The notes under the pieces are model-generated. The model had not been told where the DNA came from. It searched no databases and was given only the letters and a program-made list of their open reading frames with translations. A program made the position numbers and the translations under genes. From a virus (Duplodnaviria; Caudoviricetes), in the IMG/VR virus record IMGVR_UViG_3300020814_000535: 64,000 nt of DNA; one strand, given 5' to 3'. Below are positions 36,888 to 46,692 of this stretch, piece after piece; position 1 is the stretch's first letter; each line of letters opens with the position of its first letter.

Positions 36888-38048
36888 TCAGACCACCGTG
36901 TAAACGCCCGGCTGCTCGGGGCGGATGGGGATGCGCGAGAACTGGGGCAGCAGCTTGTAGGCGCCAGCCCATCCGCCACTGACGCTGTACTCGGAGCGAT
37001 CGACGTTGGGCGGGGTGAAGGTGTCGTCGCAGCCACCCGAGGCCCAGTCCACCCAGGCGCAGAGCATGCCGTTGCGCCCCGAGACGTGCAGCCAATGCAC
37101 GCCGTCGTCGCAGATGTTGATCGGCACGGTGACGAGCCCCGCAGCGCCGCCGGTCGCCGCCGACGTGACTTTGAACTGGCCCGTGGTCTGCGAGTACCAG
37201 AGCGATACGTGGTCGTCCGCCTCGCTGCCGTTCTTGAACAGGCGGTAAATCAGCGTGTCGGCCGCTGGCGTGTGGCGGGGCATCATGAACGGCAGGCAGA
37301 GCGCGAACGAGGTGTAGTCACCGACGAGGGAGTGAACGATCGGCGCGTCAGTCGTGCGGGTTGCTGCAGCCGCTACGGTGTCAATCGGCGACGATGGATA
37401 GGCGCCGATCTCTAGCTGCGCTCCCCAGTACCAGGTGTTGACAGTGACGGTATCGCCGACAAACGTGGTATTTCCAGACGCATCGCACGCGTAGACCGAC
37501 GGGTTCTTATTGCCGGCGGTGACCGTCTTGCGAACGGACGCCCGGCAGATGTCACCGCCGCACTTCACAATCCTTGCCTCGACCGTCGCCGGAAAGCTGT
37601 TTGTGATAACGGCTCCGGTCGCCAGGTTGAAGGTGACAGTGCTCGCCCCGTCGAAATCGAGCTGCACTCCAACCTTGTTTCCCTGCTTCGCGAATATCGA
37701 GAACGTGTAGGCCGCCCCGGAGCATGCAATGTTGGCGTGCGCCAGGCCGTGATATGTGTTGGTCAGGTTCCCGATGGTACCGTCCATTGCGGCTACGCCC
37801 GTCGGTCCTATTGACCCATTCACCGATACCGTGGTCAGGTTTGCCCACCCCCACGGAGTGGTCTGATCCATCGTGCCGGATTGCAGCGCGACGTTCTGTC
37901 GCTCAGGCTCCAACCGCACGCCCGGCAGGTAGAGCCCGCGCGCGGCGTCGTAGGCCATATCGCAGCGAGGCCAGCCCGCCCCGACGAAGAACAGCTGCAC
38001 CGCGTTGCTGAGGTAGCGCTGCAGGTATGCCACAGATGTACGCGCCAT
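36888..38048 (-). CDS. Phage spike/fibre-type protein (high GC)
   Basis: GVRLEPERQN, YTFSIFAK and WGAQLEIGAYPSSPIDT...ATR are patterns seen in phage fibre/spike proteins; lectin-like C-terminus. Confidence 0.7.
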   Translation of the reverse strand: MARTSVAYLQRYLSNAVQLFFVGAGWPRCDMAYDAARGLYLPGVRLEPERQNVALQSGTMDQTTPWGWANLTTVSVNGSIGPTGVAAMDGTIGNLTNTYHGLAHANIACSGAAYTFSIFAKQGNKVGVQLDFDGASTVTFNLATGAVITNSFPATVEARIVKCGGDICRASVRKTVTAGNKNPSVYACDASGNTTFVGDTVTVNTWYWGAQLEIGAYPSSPIDTVAAAATRTTDAPIVHSLVGDYTSFALCLPFMMPRHTPAADTLIYRLFKNGSEADDHVSLWYSQTTGQFKVTSAATGGAAGLVTVPINICDDGVHWLHVSGRNGMLCAWVDWASGGCDDTFTPPNVDRSEYSVSGGWAGAYKLLPQFSRIPIRPEQPGVYTVV

Positions 38049-38056
38049 GCGTCACC

Positions 38057-38881
38057 TCACATCGACGAGGGATAGATGCTGCCGCTGTCGTTGCGGAGCG
38101 CGGCGAGGCCGGTGTAGATCTGGAGCTGCTTCAGCGCTAGAGCCTGCATCTCCGCAGCGCCCGTTGCGCCGGCCGACCATAGGTCTGCGACGGAGTACGC
38201 AAACAACGCCGCGACACCGCCTATGAACGGCAGGGTTCCATCATAGCCACTCCCGAGCATGAGGCTATCTCCGGAATTCGAGAAGGTGCCAAGGGCTGAT
38301 AGGTCGACCCCGGTCCCAACAACCCCGTTCGCAAATCCTCTTCCGCCATAGCCGGTCGCCTCGGTCTTGTTGATGCCGAAGGTGAACAACCCCCACGCAC
38401 CGCCGGACAACGCTGGAGTCGAAACGCTCCCAAACGAGCCCCCGGAGTAGACATACAGAGAGACCCCGTAGGATGCCCCGACGTACAGTTGCCAACCCTG
38501 ATTGGAGGGGGCGAGGTGCATCTGGCTCGCGAGCCGCCTTGTTGCCACGGTTGGGGATGCGATAGCGCCGAACCATAGATCATTGGCCCCGATGTCCCCG
38601 ATCCCGTTTCCGGAGAAATACTTCGCGCCAGGAAAGGCCACGGACTTGCCCGGATGCGCTGGTGAGTATCCTGAAGACGGGTTGGCACCCGCTCCAGCGA
38701 GTGACAGCACCGTCGACGACACGCGGTCAGCGATGGTCAGAGCGGACCAGTTCACATCCGCCGCTGCAAAGAACATCGTCGGGGAGATGTCCATCCCGGC
38801 GCGAACGTGCAGCACGCGAGACTCCCACAGCCGCTCTACCCCGGCGACGACGGGATCGACGATGATTCCCTGGCGGCGCAT
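38057..38881 (-). CDS. LamG/concanavalin-like virion protein (high GC)
   Basis: Gly/Ser-rich beta pattern W...F...ANGV...LMLG...FIGGV resembling LamG-like domains. Confidence 0.55.
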   Translation of the reverse strand: MRRQGIIVDPVVAGVERLWESRVLHVRAGMDISPTMFFAAADVNWSALTIADRVSSTVLSLAGAGANPSSGYSPAHPGKSVAFPGAKYFSGNGIGDIGANDLWFGAIASPTVATRRLASQMHLAPSNQGWQLYVGASYGVSLYVYSGGSFGSVSTPALSGGAWGLFTFGINKTEATGYGGRGFANGVVGTGVDLSALGTFSNSGDSLMLGSGYDGTLPFIGGVAALFAYSVADLWSAGATGAAEMQALALKQLQIYTGLAALRNDSGSIYPSSM

Positions 38882-39507
38882 TACTCACTCACCCCGATTG
38901 TCCCGGTGATCGTGTCGTCGTCGCCATCTGAGGTTCTGTCATACCACACCCCTATATACGGAAAGTCGCATTCAAATTCAAGTTTCTGTACACCTACTGC
39001 GCTAATATTAAGAATAGGAGTTGCTAATGCATCAGCTGTCGTGATCGAATCTGTGTTGCCAGCAAAAACTTTAATAATTCCAACAGCATTAAAAGGTCCT
39101 GCACCACCCATCGCAAAAGTCAAATCTATAGAAACTTTATTTAATCCAGACTTGTTTATCACAGAAGAAGTTCTATCTGTATCCATTGTAGTTCCAGCAG
39201 CAAAAAGAGTTGTTACGGTAGCTGTTGGGGGAGCAATAGCAAGAGAAGTTGCTGGAGTCTTTTGACCCAAAGAAGCAGGAAGCTTTGCATTAATATCAGT
39301 TAACTTGCCACTCTCTTTGGCTGGATCTGTTGGAATGCTATCTGTCTTCGTTTTGATAGAACTAGCTGTAGTAGAAATTGTACTAACTGTAGACGAGATC
39401 GTAGCTAGGATTACTCCAATGGCTTCTGTAGTTGCCGAAACTAGTCTATTAGAAATCTCTCTAAGAAGACCAAGAATGCCAGGGCCGTAATCTGTAGTAA
39501 TAGGCAA
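38881..39507 (-). CDS. Putative virion structural protein
   Basis: Ser/Thr-rich, contains KLPASLGQKT, and lies in the structural module. Confidence 0.6.
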   Translation of the reverse strand: MPITTDYGPGILGLLREISNRLVSATTEAIGVILATISSTVSTISTTASSIKTKTDSIPTDPAKESGKLTDINAKLPASLGQKTPATSLAIAPPTATVTTLFAAGTTMDTDRTSSVINKSGLNKVSIDLTFAMGGAGPFNAVGIIKVFAGNTDSITTADALATPILNISAVGVQKLEFECDFPYIGVWYDRTSDGDDDTITGTIGVSE

Positions 39508-39520
39508 TTAGATCACCTTC

Positions 39521-39910
39521 CTAGAGGGAGAAAATGATTTTTGTTCCCGCCGAAATTGCCACAACCTTGAAGTCTCTAATGTGTTGATTGGTTGACCAAG
39601 TGCTACCTGATGGAACTGTGATCGTATCTCTAAATCCAGCTACTTCTCCAGAAGGCAGAGGAACGCTATAGAAAGCTCCATTAGCCAGCCAGGGATTTAG
39701 GTTTTCATGTGTTCCGCGAATTTGTTCGCATACATTGAGCTGCAGCTGAGTATCTCCGTAAAAAGATTCTACCTCAAGGCTTTTTCCATACCCACCCAAC
39801 GAAGTAAAAACATCAACAATATCTCCAGTAGTTACACCACTGGGCCAGGTTAGATTAGCTTCTACCTTATGATAAGAAGCTTTTGGAAATCTTACTTTTG
39901 TTAAGGACAA
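39521..39910 (-). CDS. Putative virion protein
   Basis: TTG start after AAGGAGG; three PSG motifs. Confidence 0.6.
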   Translation of the reverse strand: MSLTKVRFPKASYHKVEANLTWPSGVTTGDIVDVFTSLGGYGKSLEVESFYGDTQLQLNVCEQIRGTHENLNPWLANGAFYSVPLPSGEVAGFRDTITVPSGSTWSTNQHIRDFKVVAISAGTKIIFSL

Positions 39911-39942
39911 ACCTGGTCCTCCTTACTAATCTTTATTATAGC

Positions 39943-41295
39943 TTACCAGGTGCAAAGCACAATCCCGCTGCCTACAACTCCAGAAGGAGTAACGCCATCG
40001 TTTCTATCTACAAATCTGAGTTCAAATTCATTTGTTGATGTGTGGCTAACTACGTAGGTTAATTCTCCAGATACCAATGGAGATGGAGAAATCTGAATTA
40101 CTTTCACATCTGGAAATGAAGATTGGTTATGTGTTACTGTTGCCCCGGATCCAATTAAAGCAACTTCCATTCTTCTGAAATAGCTAGAAGAGCGTGTTTC
40201 TGCTGGAGTTGCCGCCCAGCCCATTACGTCATCTAAAACACCGATTGAAGTCTCTAGGCTGGTCCCGTCTACCACGTAATCATTGCTCGAATAGTTAGGA
40301 GAATCATCTGAAACGCTTCCCTGGCCAACGAAAGTTTCAATCTTAGTTAGAGCCGTCACTAATCCATCAATGTCTGTATAATTGTAGCCCCAAGGGTTGG
40401 TTGCCGATTTTGTTCCCGTGCCATAAGTATCATTAAGTAGATCTCTAAGAGAATCTGGACCAGCTGCATACAAAGCTGGCATAGCAGTTGTCCATGTTGC
40501 TCCACCTGCATAGGTCTTGATTCTGGTGCGAACCTGATTCAAATCTTCTTGAAGATTTGCTGGGGCTCCAACAAACGAATCATTGTAGAGTGCTGATTGG
40601 GCAACGTCTATTTGGTTTAGATTGATTCCCGAGTGAATTAAAGAAATATCTGAGTTCCAGACTCCTCCGTGAGCGAGAAGAAGAGCGTGGACCATATCCT
40701 TGACTGAGTAGGTTAGGTTTGCCCCGCCATCATCGTCCAGCGAATAACTGCCTCCGTAGACATCCTGAGCCACCTGAACAAGATTCAGTCTGCTTCTTTC
40801 TGATTTCCCGTCGAGAGAAGACGCTGTGGATGTCTGGGTAACATCAAAGATATGAATACCAATTGCGGACTTCTGATCTGCTGTTAGTGCGCCCGAAGAT
40901 GAAGATCCTTCGATGCCAGCGAGAATTGTGTCTGCCGTATCGTCTACATAGGTATATAAATCATCCAGAGCTTCCTTAACTGTCTTTGGACGAGAAAGTG
41001 CTGAATGATAATAGGTTAGAGGATCTGAAGTAGAAGTAACATCTGAATCTACCCAAAGAGTTCTGGCATCTAGACCATTAGCAATTGCATCAACAGAAGA
41101 GTCTTCTTCTCCAATGGGAACCGAGTCCAGAAGGGCCATGAGGCCGTTGTTCCACTGTTTGCTGATTTGGGTCAGATCGCTAATGAGTTCGTCGAAAGTA
41201 TCTGTAATATCTTCAGAAGAGCGAGGGCCTCGGTAGGCTTGAGGCCTCCGAATCATTGAAGGATCAAAGCGCTTAATGATATTACTGCTGGACAA
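39943..41295 (-). CDS. Putative tail fibre/virion structural protein
   Basis: Acidic and S/T/G-rich; C-terminal TVTHN...PDVKV...STNEF is a fibre-like end. Confidence 0.65.
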   Translation of the reverse strand: MSSSNIIKRFDPSMIRRPQAYRGPRSSEDITDTFDELISDLTQISKQWNNGLMALLDSVPIGEEDSSVDAIANGLDARTLWVDSDVTSTSDPLTYYHSALSRPKTVKEALDDLYTYVDDTADTILAGIEGSSSSGALTADQKSAIGIHIFDVTQTSTASSLDGKSERSRLNLVQVAQDVYGGSYSLDDDGGANLTYSVKDMVHALLLAHGGVWNSDISLIHSGINLNQIDVAQSALYNDSFVGAPANLQEDLNQVRTRIKTYAGGATWTTAMPALYAAGPDSLRDLLNDTYGTGTKSATNPWGYNYTDIDGLVTALTKIETFVGQGSVSDDSPNYSSNDYVVDGTSLETSIGVLDDVMGWAATPAETRSSSYFRRMEVALIGSGATVTHNQSSFPDVKVIQISPSPLVSGELTYVVSHTSTNEFELRFVDRNDGVTPSGVVGSGIVLCTW

Positions 41296-41311
41296 GCTCT
41301 AACCTACTTTC

Positions 41312-43495
41312 TTAAGCCCCGAGCTTAATCCTGTAACTTGAGAGCAAAGGAGAAACATTACTGTCTGTGGTTTTTAGTATAGCACGCAATTTTAAATACT
41401 TGTAGGTTGTATCTGATGCGCGCAAACGAATAGTAAAAGCTTCATTAAGGAAGTCTGAATTTGTATCATCTACTTTAACTAAGAATACTTTTGTAGCAGA
41501 AGTTCCAGCTGCAGGAGGAATCCGAGAGGTATCAGATGCATCATAATCCAGGGCGAATCTTGCGTAATCTGTGGCGCTAACGCTATGGATGAGTTCAAAT
41601 GGGCTGACTCTTTTCATCTTGTATTCTGCAACAATATCAAAACCCTTATAGATCTTTTCTTCTTTCAGGTTCCAACCTGTTCTGTAATTAAATCCTTCTA
41701 CTAAATAGCGGTGGTTGTAGGGATAGAGTTTATCCGCCGCCCTCAACTCTGCCAGACTATTAACCGTACTATAATCAACCTCATACCAATTATCTTTGTG
41801 GACTTTGACTGTGTGAGAACCACAAGATATCTTGTTACAGCCGGTTAGAGCGACGTCGTCAATCACTACTGCCTTTGGACCAAAATCAATATCAATTCCA
41901 ACTGCAGATTTAACGAGAACTGTAGTGGTGTAATAATCTTCGCTAAAACCCCAACCATGAGGATTGCCGCGTACCAGTGTGGATCCGCCTTTTGTGTTTA
42001 CATTGCGCCAAACTTCAAGACTATCTTCAACAAAAGAAATCGTGTTCATGATGGCAAAATCAAGAAGCCTGTCTTCTTTATTGAAGAAATCATAACGCTG
42101 GGACGAGGAGGTGGCAGTAAGAATAGTGCCCGTCGATCCAGAAAGAGCAGACAATAGAAAGAAGGCCTGCTTTGGGTTTACGAACTTGCTGTCTGCATTC
42201 AATGGATCGTAGGATATTGGGGCTCCAGATCTCTCGTAAAATGCGGATTCTGAGAAATCAAGGATCGTTGGAGCTGTCGGATTGGTTCGGCTGGCCGGCG
42301 CTATTGATTGCCATTCTGGATTCGAAACAGAAGAATCATTGGATACAGCTACATAGTAATCAATATTGTTAGTGTTTTCTTCTATTAGCTCGCAAGCTTC
42401 GAAAGCAACCTTGCTCCAAGACTGAACTTCCTTGGTTGCGGGGTTGGTTACACTCAAAGCTTTAGAGATTAATTCCTGACCAGAAGTAGTTATGTTGACT
42501 GTCTCATTGTAGAAGGCAATTTCATCTACACCAAATTCGTAAGCATAATTTGTTTTAAAAACTACATCTGGGGCAGACTTGGTTAGAATGAATTTGAAAT
42601 ATTGGGCTTCAATCGCGGGGAAAACGAACATCCCCGTATCAACAATAGAAAGCGTGTAATTAGTAATTGGAAGTCTATACCATGTTTTTCCATCTGCAGA
42701 ATAGAGGGGAAGGATTGTTTTTGCCGCATTGTTGTTGGATGCATGTAGATTGACGTCTATCCGAGAGATGAAAATTGTTGATGTCGACAGCTTTACTTTT
42801 AGTTCTGCGCTCAAGGATACTGGCTTATTGGTGTAGACAATCTGCTGGAAATAGTTTTCCGCCGTATTGAAAGCGTTAACTAACTTAGATTTGGGAGAGC
42901 TGATATTTGCCGTGACTCCATCTTTAGTTAGCATTGAGAATTCAACATCCCCCTCTTTCAAGGAAAGGATTTGTTTGGTCGGGATTGTCGGGGTGTAAGA
43001 AGTTACACCTAGAGACACGACTCCCTGTTTAAGATCAATACGTGCAGTAGTTGACGACTGATCAACCTTAGAGAGGTCTTTAAAGTTGTCCTGGACAAAA
43101 TTGTAGTAACCAGCAGTTTCTGTTTCCAGCAATAGCAGATTAGAAATCCTGTCGACTAGCGTCTTTAGGCGCCCCTCAAGAATCTCGCCCTTCTTCTTCC
43201 AGCGGCTAACTCGTTTGGCCGATTCATCAGCAATATCTAATAAAGACTTGTACATAACAACCAAGTCTTGGTGGATCGAAGTTAGAGTCCCGTTGTACTT
43301 AGAAACGCTAGAAACTTCGTCTTCCTCAACCGTGTGCTCAGAGTATTTGGTGCGCGGTTCTGTTAGATCGTAGTCTTCAAGATAGGCATTTAATTGAGTT
43401 AGTATCTCAGAAGAAGAAGGATAGTCTCCTCCCTCAATAATTCCTTTTACAATCGACTTGATAACTTCTTGTGTATGAAGATCTGAAACGCTCAC
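41312..43495 (-). CDS. Large virion structural protein (paralog family)
   Basis: 727 aa with a helical N-terminus and beta-rich body; ends YLKLRAIL...SPLLSSYRIK. Confidence 0.7.
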   Translation of the reverse strand: MSVSDLHTQEVIKSIVKGIIEGGDYPSSSEILTQLNAYLEDYDLTEPRTKYSEHTVEEDEVSSVSKYNGTLTSIHQDLVVMYKSLLDIADESAKRVSRWKKKGEILEGRLKTLVDRISNLLLLETETAGYYNFVQDNFKDLSKVDQSSTTARIDLKQGVVSLGVTSYTPTIPTKQILSLKEGDVEFSMLTKDGVTANISSPKSKLVNAFNTAENYFQQIVYTNKPVSLSAELKVKLSTSTIFISRIDVNLHASNNNAAKTILPLYSADGKTWYRLPITNYTLSIVDTGMFVFPAIEAQYFKFILTKSAPDVVFKTNYAYEFGVDEIAFYNETVNITTSGQELISKALSVTNPATKEVQSWSKVAFEACELIEENTNNIDYYVAVSNDSSVSNPEWQSIAPASRTNPTAPTILDFSESAFYERSGAPISYDPLNADSKFVNPKQAFFLLSALSGSTGTILTATSSSQRYDFFNKEDRLLDFAIMNTISFVEDSLEVWRNVNTKGGSTLVRGNPHGWGFSEDYYTTTVLVKSAVGIDIDFGPKAVVIDDVALTGCNKISCGSHTVKVHKDNWYEVDYSTVNSLAELRAADKLYPYNHRYLVEGFNYRTGWNLKEEKIYKGFDIVAEYKMKRVSPFELIHSVSATDYARFALDYDASDTSRIPPAAGTSATKVFLVKVDDTNSDFLNEAFTIRLRASDTTYKYLKLRAILKTTDSNVSPLLSSYRIKLGA

Positions 43496-46400
43496 GCTAA
43501 CTTGCTTTCTGTAATAGCTTTAATTGTATAGTCAATTTGGCTGGGAGTCCAAAACGTCTCCAGATCTTTAATATCCTGGTCAATCGTCGGAATGTATTTA
43601 TACGTTATCCTATAATACTCCTTTTTAGTACTAGATTTTTCTACATTCGACTTCTTGAAAATCTCTCTATCCTTTAAGGTAACCTTCTTATTTTTGGTAT
43701 CAACAGTAAAGTCGTCTGGAGAAATCTGTCTAGCTATGGGATAACGAACTCGATAATCTGAATACCTGTAGGTCACGGTCAATCCAGAAGTCGTTGCCGC
43801 TCTGGTGTAAACTTCACCTGTATCATAGTTAACTGAATAGGCCCCAGATAAATCCGAATTCGGATCTTCGTAATAATAAGTAATTGTTCCTGGATCTGCC
43901 ACAGAAGAACTGAGATAAACGATTACACGGGGATTTGTTGGGGTACGATAGATATAGTATCTTCCCGGAACAGTTACTTCTGCAGGATCGCTTCTCTCGC
44001 TGGCAAATGCTGTCTTGTTAGAAAAACCCACATCCAAGTCTGTAGCAGACGAAATGCGAAGTCTGAGTGTTATAGTCTGGACGCCTGGTGCAACAACTGT
44101 AATTGGGTTGAGCTTTTCTGTTGCCTTGAGAACTCCCAGTAGTTCTGTTCGGCCGTCAACGAAAGCTACCTCTTTAGAAAATACTGACGAATAGCCAGTC
44201 CCCGCAAAAATCAACGAATCTTCCACAATGGAAAGATTAGCTAGATTGAAATACTTTACGCTAGCAGGGATAGCTTCTGGGTAATCGGGAGACTGAGTTT
44301 TCCAGTAGGCCTGCGAAATAGAAATAGAATGAGATACATCAACTCCTTCTTCAAAACTGAAACCATCGCTAGGAAGCTTCGTGCGCGGGAAGTATTGAAA
44401 TGTGCAAGAAGTATCGGCATCTGGTTTTGATCTATCGTAAGAATAGACTATTCCATTCTCGTAATCGACCGAGTACTCGCCCGTCCCAGTCAACTCTACA
44501 CTGCCATCTACATAAGGGGTGATCTCGCTAACGAAACAACCAGCTATATCTGAAAACTTCACCGAATAAGTAGAATCTAGATTTGGCAGGAGCCGATGAA
44601 CTTTCGCTCCTTTATCAAGAACTATTGTTTTTACCGTAGCCTTATCTACCTGATAAACTTCCACTTCCTCGCTATCGGAAGCTACTGAGTACTCAAGTTC
44701 GGCTAGATGGCTTGTATCAGATGAAGGGAACAATCTTTCTTCGTCAAAACAAACCTCTACCAGGGCGCCCCCAGGGACGGCCTTTCCCACTGTTCCTCCA
44801 GAGCCATCTGTCTCGCCACCAAATTCAAGGATGCCGTTATTGTGGTCAAGCTGAAAATATTTGGACGTCGTTGAGGCCCCAGAGATCTTTCCCTGAGACC
44901 ATTCGATTCCATCTACGTAAATACGTGCCGCAATTTGCTCATCCAGATGCCACTTGCTACTGGCCCAAGTTTTAACCAATTTTCTTTGTAAGGGACGCCA
45001 GGGTAAACGGATCTTCAGTGTGTCTCCACCCTGAGGAGTACGAGTAGAGTATCTATAGTCGGCCAATCCTCGAGAACCAAGACAAGGGTCGATAACGGTT
45101 ACAGTTCCATCAATAGGTTCATGTTGAAGAACAAACTCTAATGGAGTGGCAGAAGGTGTATCGTAAAGTTCGGTTGCAATCGCAGTTCTTGCCTTCGATG
45201 AATCTGCATCCAAAGCTCCAGTAGCAAAAGCCTGTCCATTCCTTTTCATCTTAACTTTGTATCTTAGAGAAGTTACAGGAGCATTGGTAGCTACAGTATT
45301 CTTGTCGACTCCATTGAAATCAATTAGTTCAGAGATGTCTTGTGTTGTATCGCTGTTTCCATCTGAATCTCTGGGTCTGATAGGAAGCCAACTAACTCCG
45401 TTATCTGGAGATACAAAGTGTTCAATAGTTCCGAAAGGAGAGGAATATGTTGGTTCTGGATCTTGATTAGAGATCAGAAGGATTTTTCGTATTGGGTCCG
45501 AAGTCTCAAATGCTTTGGAAATGAGTTCGCCCGATTCTTTGTAGGGCCGCGCCTCTAGATAGATATCTCGAATTCCAATGGCGTATCTCAACAGCTGCTT
45601 TCCTTTGGAATTAAAGATCGGATAGGCTGTGGACTGCCTCAAGCAGAAACGAACGAATCGAGCTTTGCGCGGCACAAACGAATAGACACCCTGGCCAGCA
45701 TACTTCGATGTCGAAGGAGCCAATGAAAAACGATCAGTCTTTACAAGATCAGAAGCTAGAATGCACTCCTTGATATCGTAGTAAGTCTTCCCGTCAACCG
45801 ACGTCTGGATTGATTGAACTTCCAGTTCTGTCTTGGTTCCGAAGTTGTTCGGATTGATTCGGATAAAATTAACAATCTCTGTCTTCCCGATATTAACTGT
45901 AAAATCAAGAATCAACGGAACGTTATCTTCTACCTCCAGGACCCGTTCATATTCAAACCAAGTGTCAGAATTGTAATCGAGGATCTTTTTGATGTCTGTC
46001 TGAGAAGTTGCTCCAGGCTCATAATTGTTTCCAGGAATCCCATTGCTGTTTGAGTTGATTACTGGAGTCTCCGAAATCTGGATTAGTTTCTGTTTGCCGG
46101 CATCCAGAGGAAGAGTAAGCAAACCTTCGTCCTGGTGGATCTCTAATTGATCCAACTGAAGAAGAGGGGAATTAACCTCAATGCGCTCTAGATTAGCAAA
46201 TGAGTCTGTGAAGAAAGTCCATCTGCGATCTGTGTCTTTTGAATAGAGATAAAAGTCGCCCAACCGAGAAGAGGCTTGCTTTAACCTTCCCATCAGTCGA
46301 TTCAATCTGGAAACCATGTAGTTAAAGTTGCCAAGGAGAACCGATTCTAGATTCTCGAACTCAGCAAAGATAACTTCGATGTCCATATTGATCTGTTCAA

Positions 46401-46692
46401 AAACCTCTGTGTAATCTTCTGGATCTGGGTCGGTATATTTGATCGCCGGCTTGTCATTCTTGAAGACTGGAGATGAAAGGTCCTTGTAGAAAGTGCTGAT
46501 TATCTTGTAGGCACCTTGCAACAATTCCTCTAGAGTCTGGTATTCGCTCGAGCCGTAGGGGTTTGAAGCAGCCTTGAGCTTATCAGCCAGGACTCTGAGT
46601 TTGCCCGAAAGAAGAGCGCTTTCTATTGGTGTAGTTAGACTATTCAAACTTCGTGGTGTCCTTATAGCCTGCGGCAAAAAGAAAGTCTTCAA
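43492..46692 (-). CDS. Large virion structural protein (paralog family)
   Basis: 1066 aa with repeated YSVDYENG/YSVNYDTG/FQLDHNNG motifs. Start uncertain (46647 is possible). Confidence 0.7.
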   Translation of the reverse strand: MKTFFLPQAIRTPRSLNSLTTPIESALLSGKLRVLADKLKAASNPYGSSEYQTLEELLQGAYKIISTFYKDLSSPVFKNDKPAIKYTDPDPEDYTEVFEQINMDIEVIFAEFENLESVLLGNFNYMVSRLNRLMGRLKQASSRLGDFYLYSKDTDRRWTFFTDSFANLERIEVNSPLLQLDQLEIHQDEGLLTLPLDAGKQKLIQISETPVINSNSNGIPGNNYEPGATSQTDIKKILDYNSDTWFEYERVLEVEDNVPLILDFTVNIGKTEIVNFIRINPNNFGTKTELEVQSIQTSVDGKTYYDIKECILASDLVKTDRFSLAPSTSKYAGQGVYSFVPRKARFVRFCLRQSTAYPIFNSKGKQLLRYAIGIRDIYLEARPYKESGELISKAFETSDPIRKILLISNQDPEPTYSSPFGTIEHFVSPDNGVSWLPIRPRDSDGNSDTTQDISELIDFNGVDKNTVATNAPVTSLRYKVKMKRNGQAFATGALDADSSKARTAIATELYDTPSATPLEFVLQHEPIDGTVTVIDPCLGSRGLADYRYSTRTPQGGDTLKIRLPWRPLQRKLVKTWASSKWHLDEQIAARIYVDGIEWSQGKISGASTTSKYFQLDHNNGILEFGGETDGSGGTVGKAVPGGALVEVCFDEERLFPSSDTSHLAELEYSVASDSEEVEVYQVDKATVKTIVLDKGAKVHRLLPNLDSTYSVKFSDIAGCFVSEITPYVDGSVELTGTGEYSVDYENGIVYSYDRSKPDADTSCTFQYFPRTKLPSDGFSFEEGVDVSHSISISQAYWKTQSPDYPEAIPASVKYFNLANLSIVEDSLIFAGTGYSSVFSKEVAFVDGRTELLGVLKATEKLNPITVVAPGVQTITLRLRISSATDLDVGFSNKTAFASERSDPAEVTVPGRYYIYRTPTNPRVIVYLSSSVADPGTITYYYEDPNSDLSGAYSVNYDTGEVYTRAATTSGLTVTYRYSDYRVRYPIARQISPDDFTVDTKNKKVTLKDREIFKKSNVEKSSTKKEYYRITYKYIPTIDQDIKDLETFWTPSQIDYTIKAITESKLA

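Noticed and set aside
36886-37095. 70-aa N-terminal extension of the 257-aa ORF overlapping the fibre gene
   Set aside because: Arg/Ala-rich off-frame translation of high-GC DNA; the ATG at 36885 fits gene tiling and the GC boundary better.
38040-38065. Possible TGA readthrough or frameshift fusing the two high-GC genes
   Set aside because: The genes are in different frames, there is a stop just upstream in the second frame, and the second gene has its own GAGGTG SD.
36824-38909. Many overlapping ORFs on both strands in the high-GC cassette
   Set aside because: Expected from stop-codon scarcity at high GC; no motifs or ribosome-binding sites.
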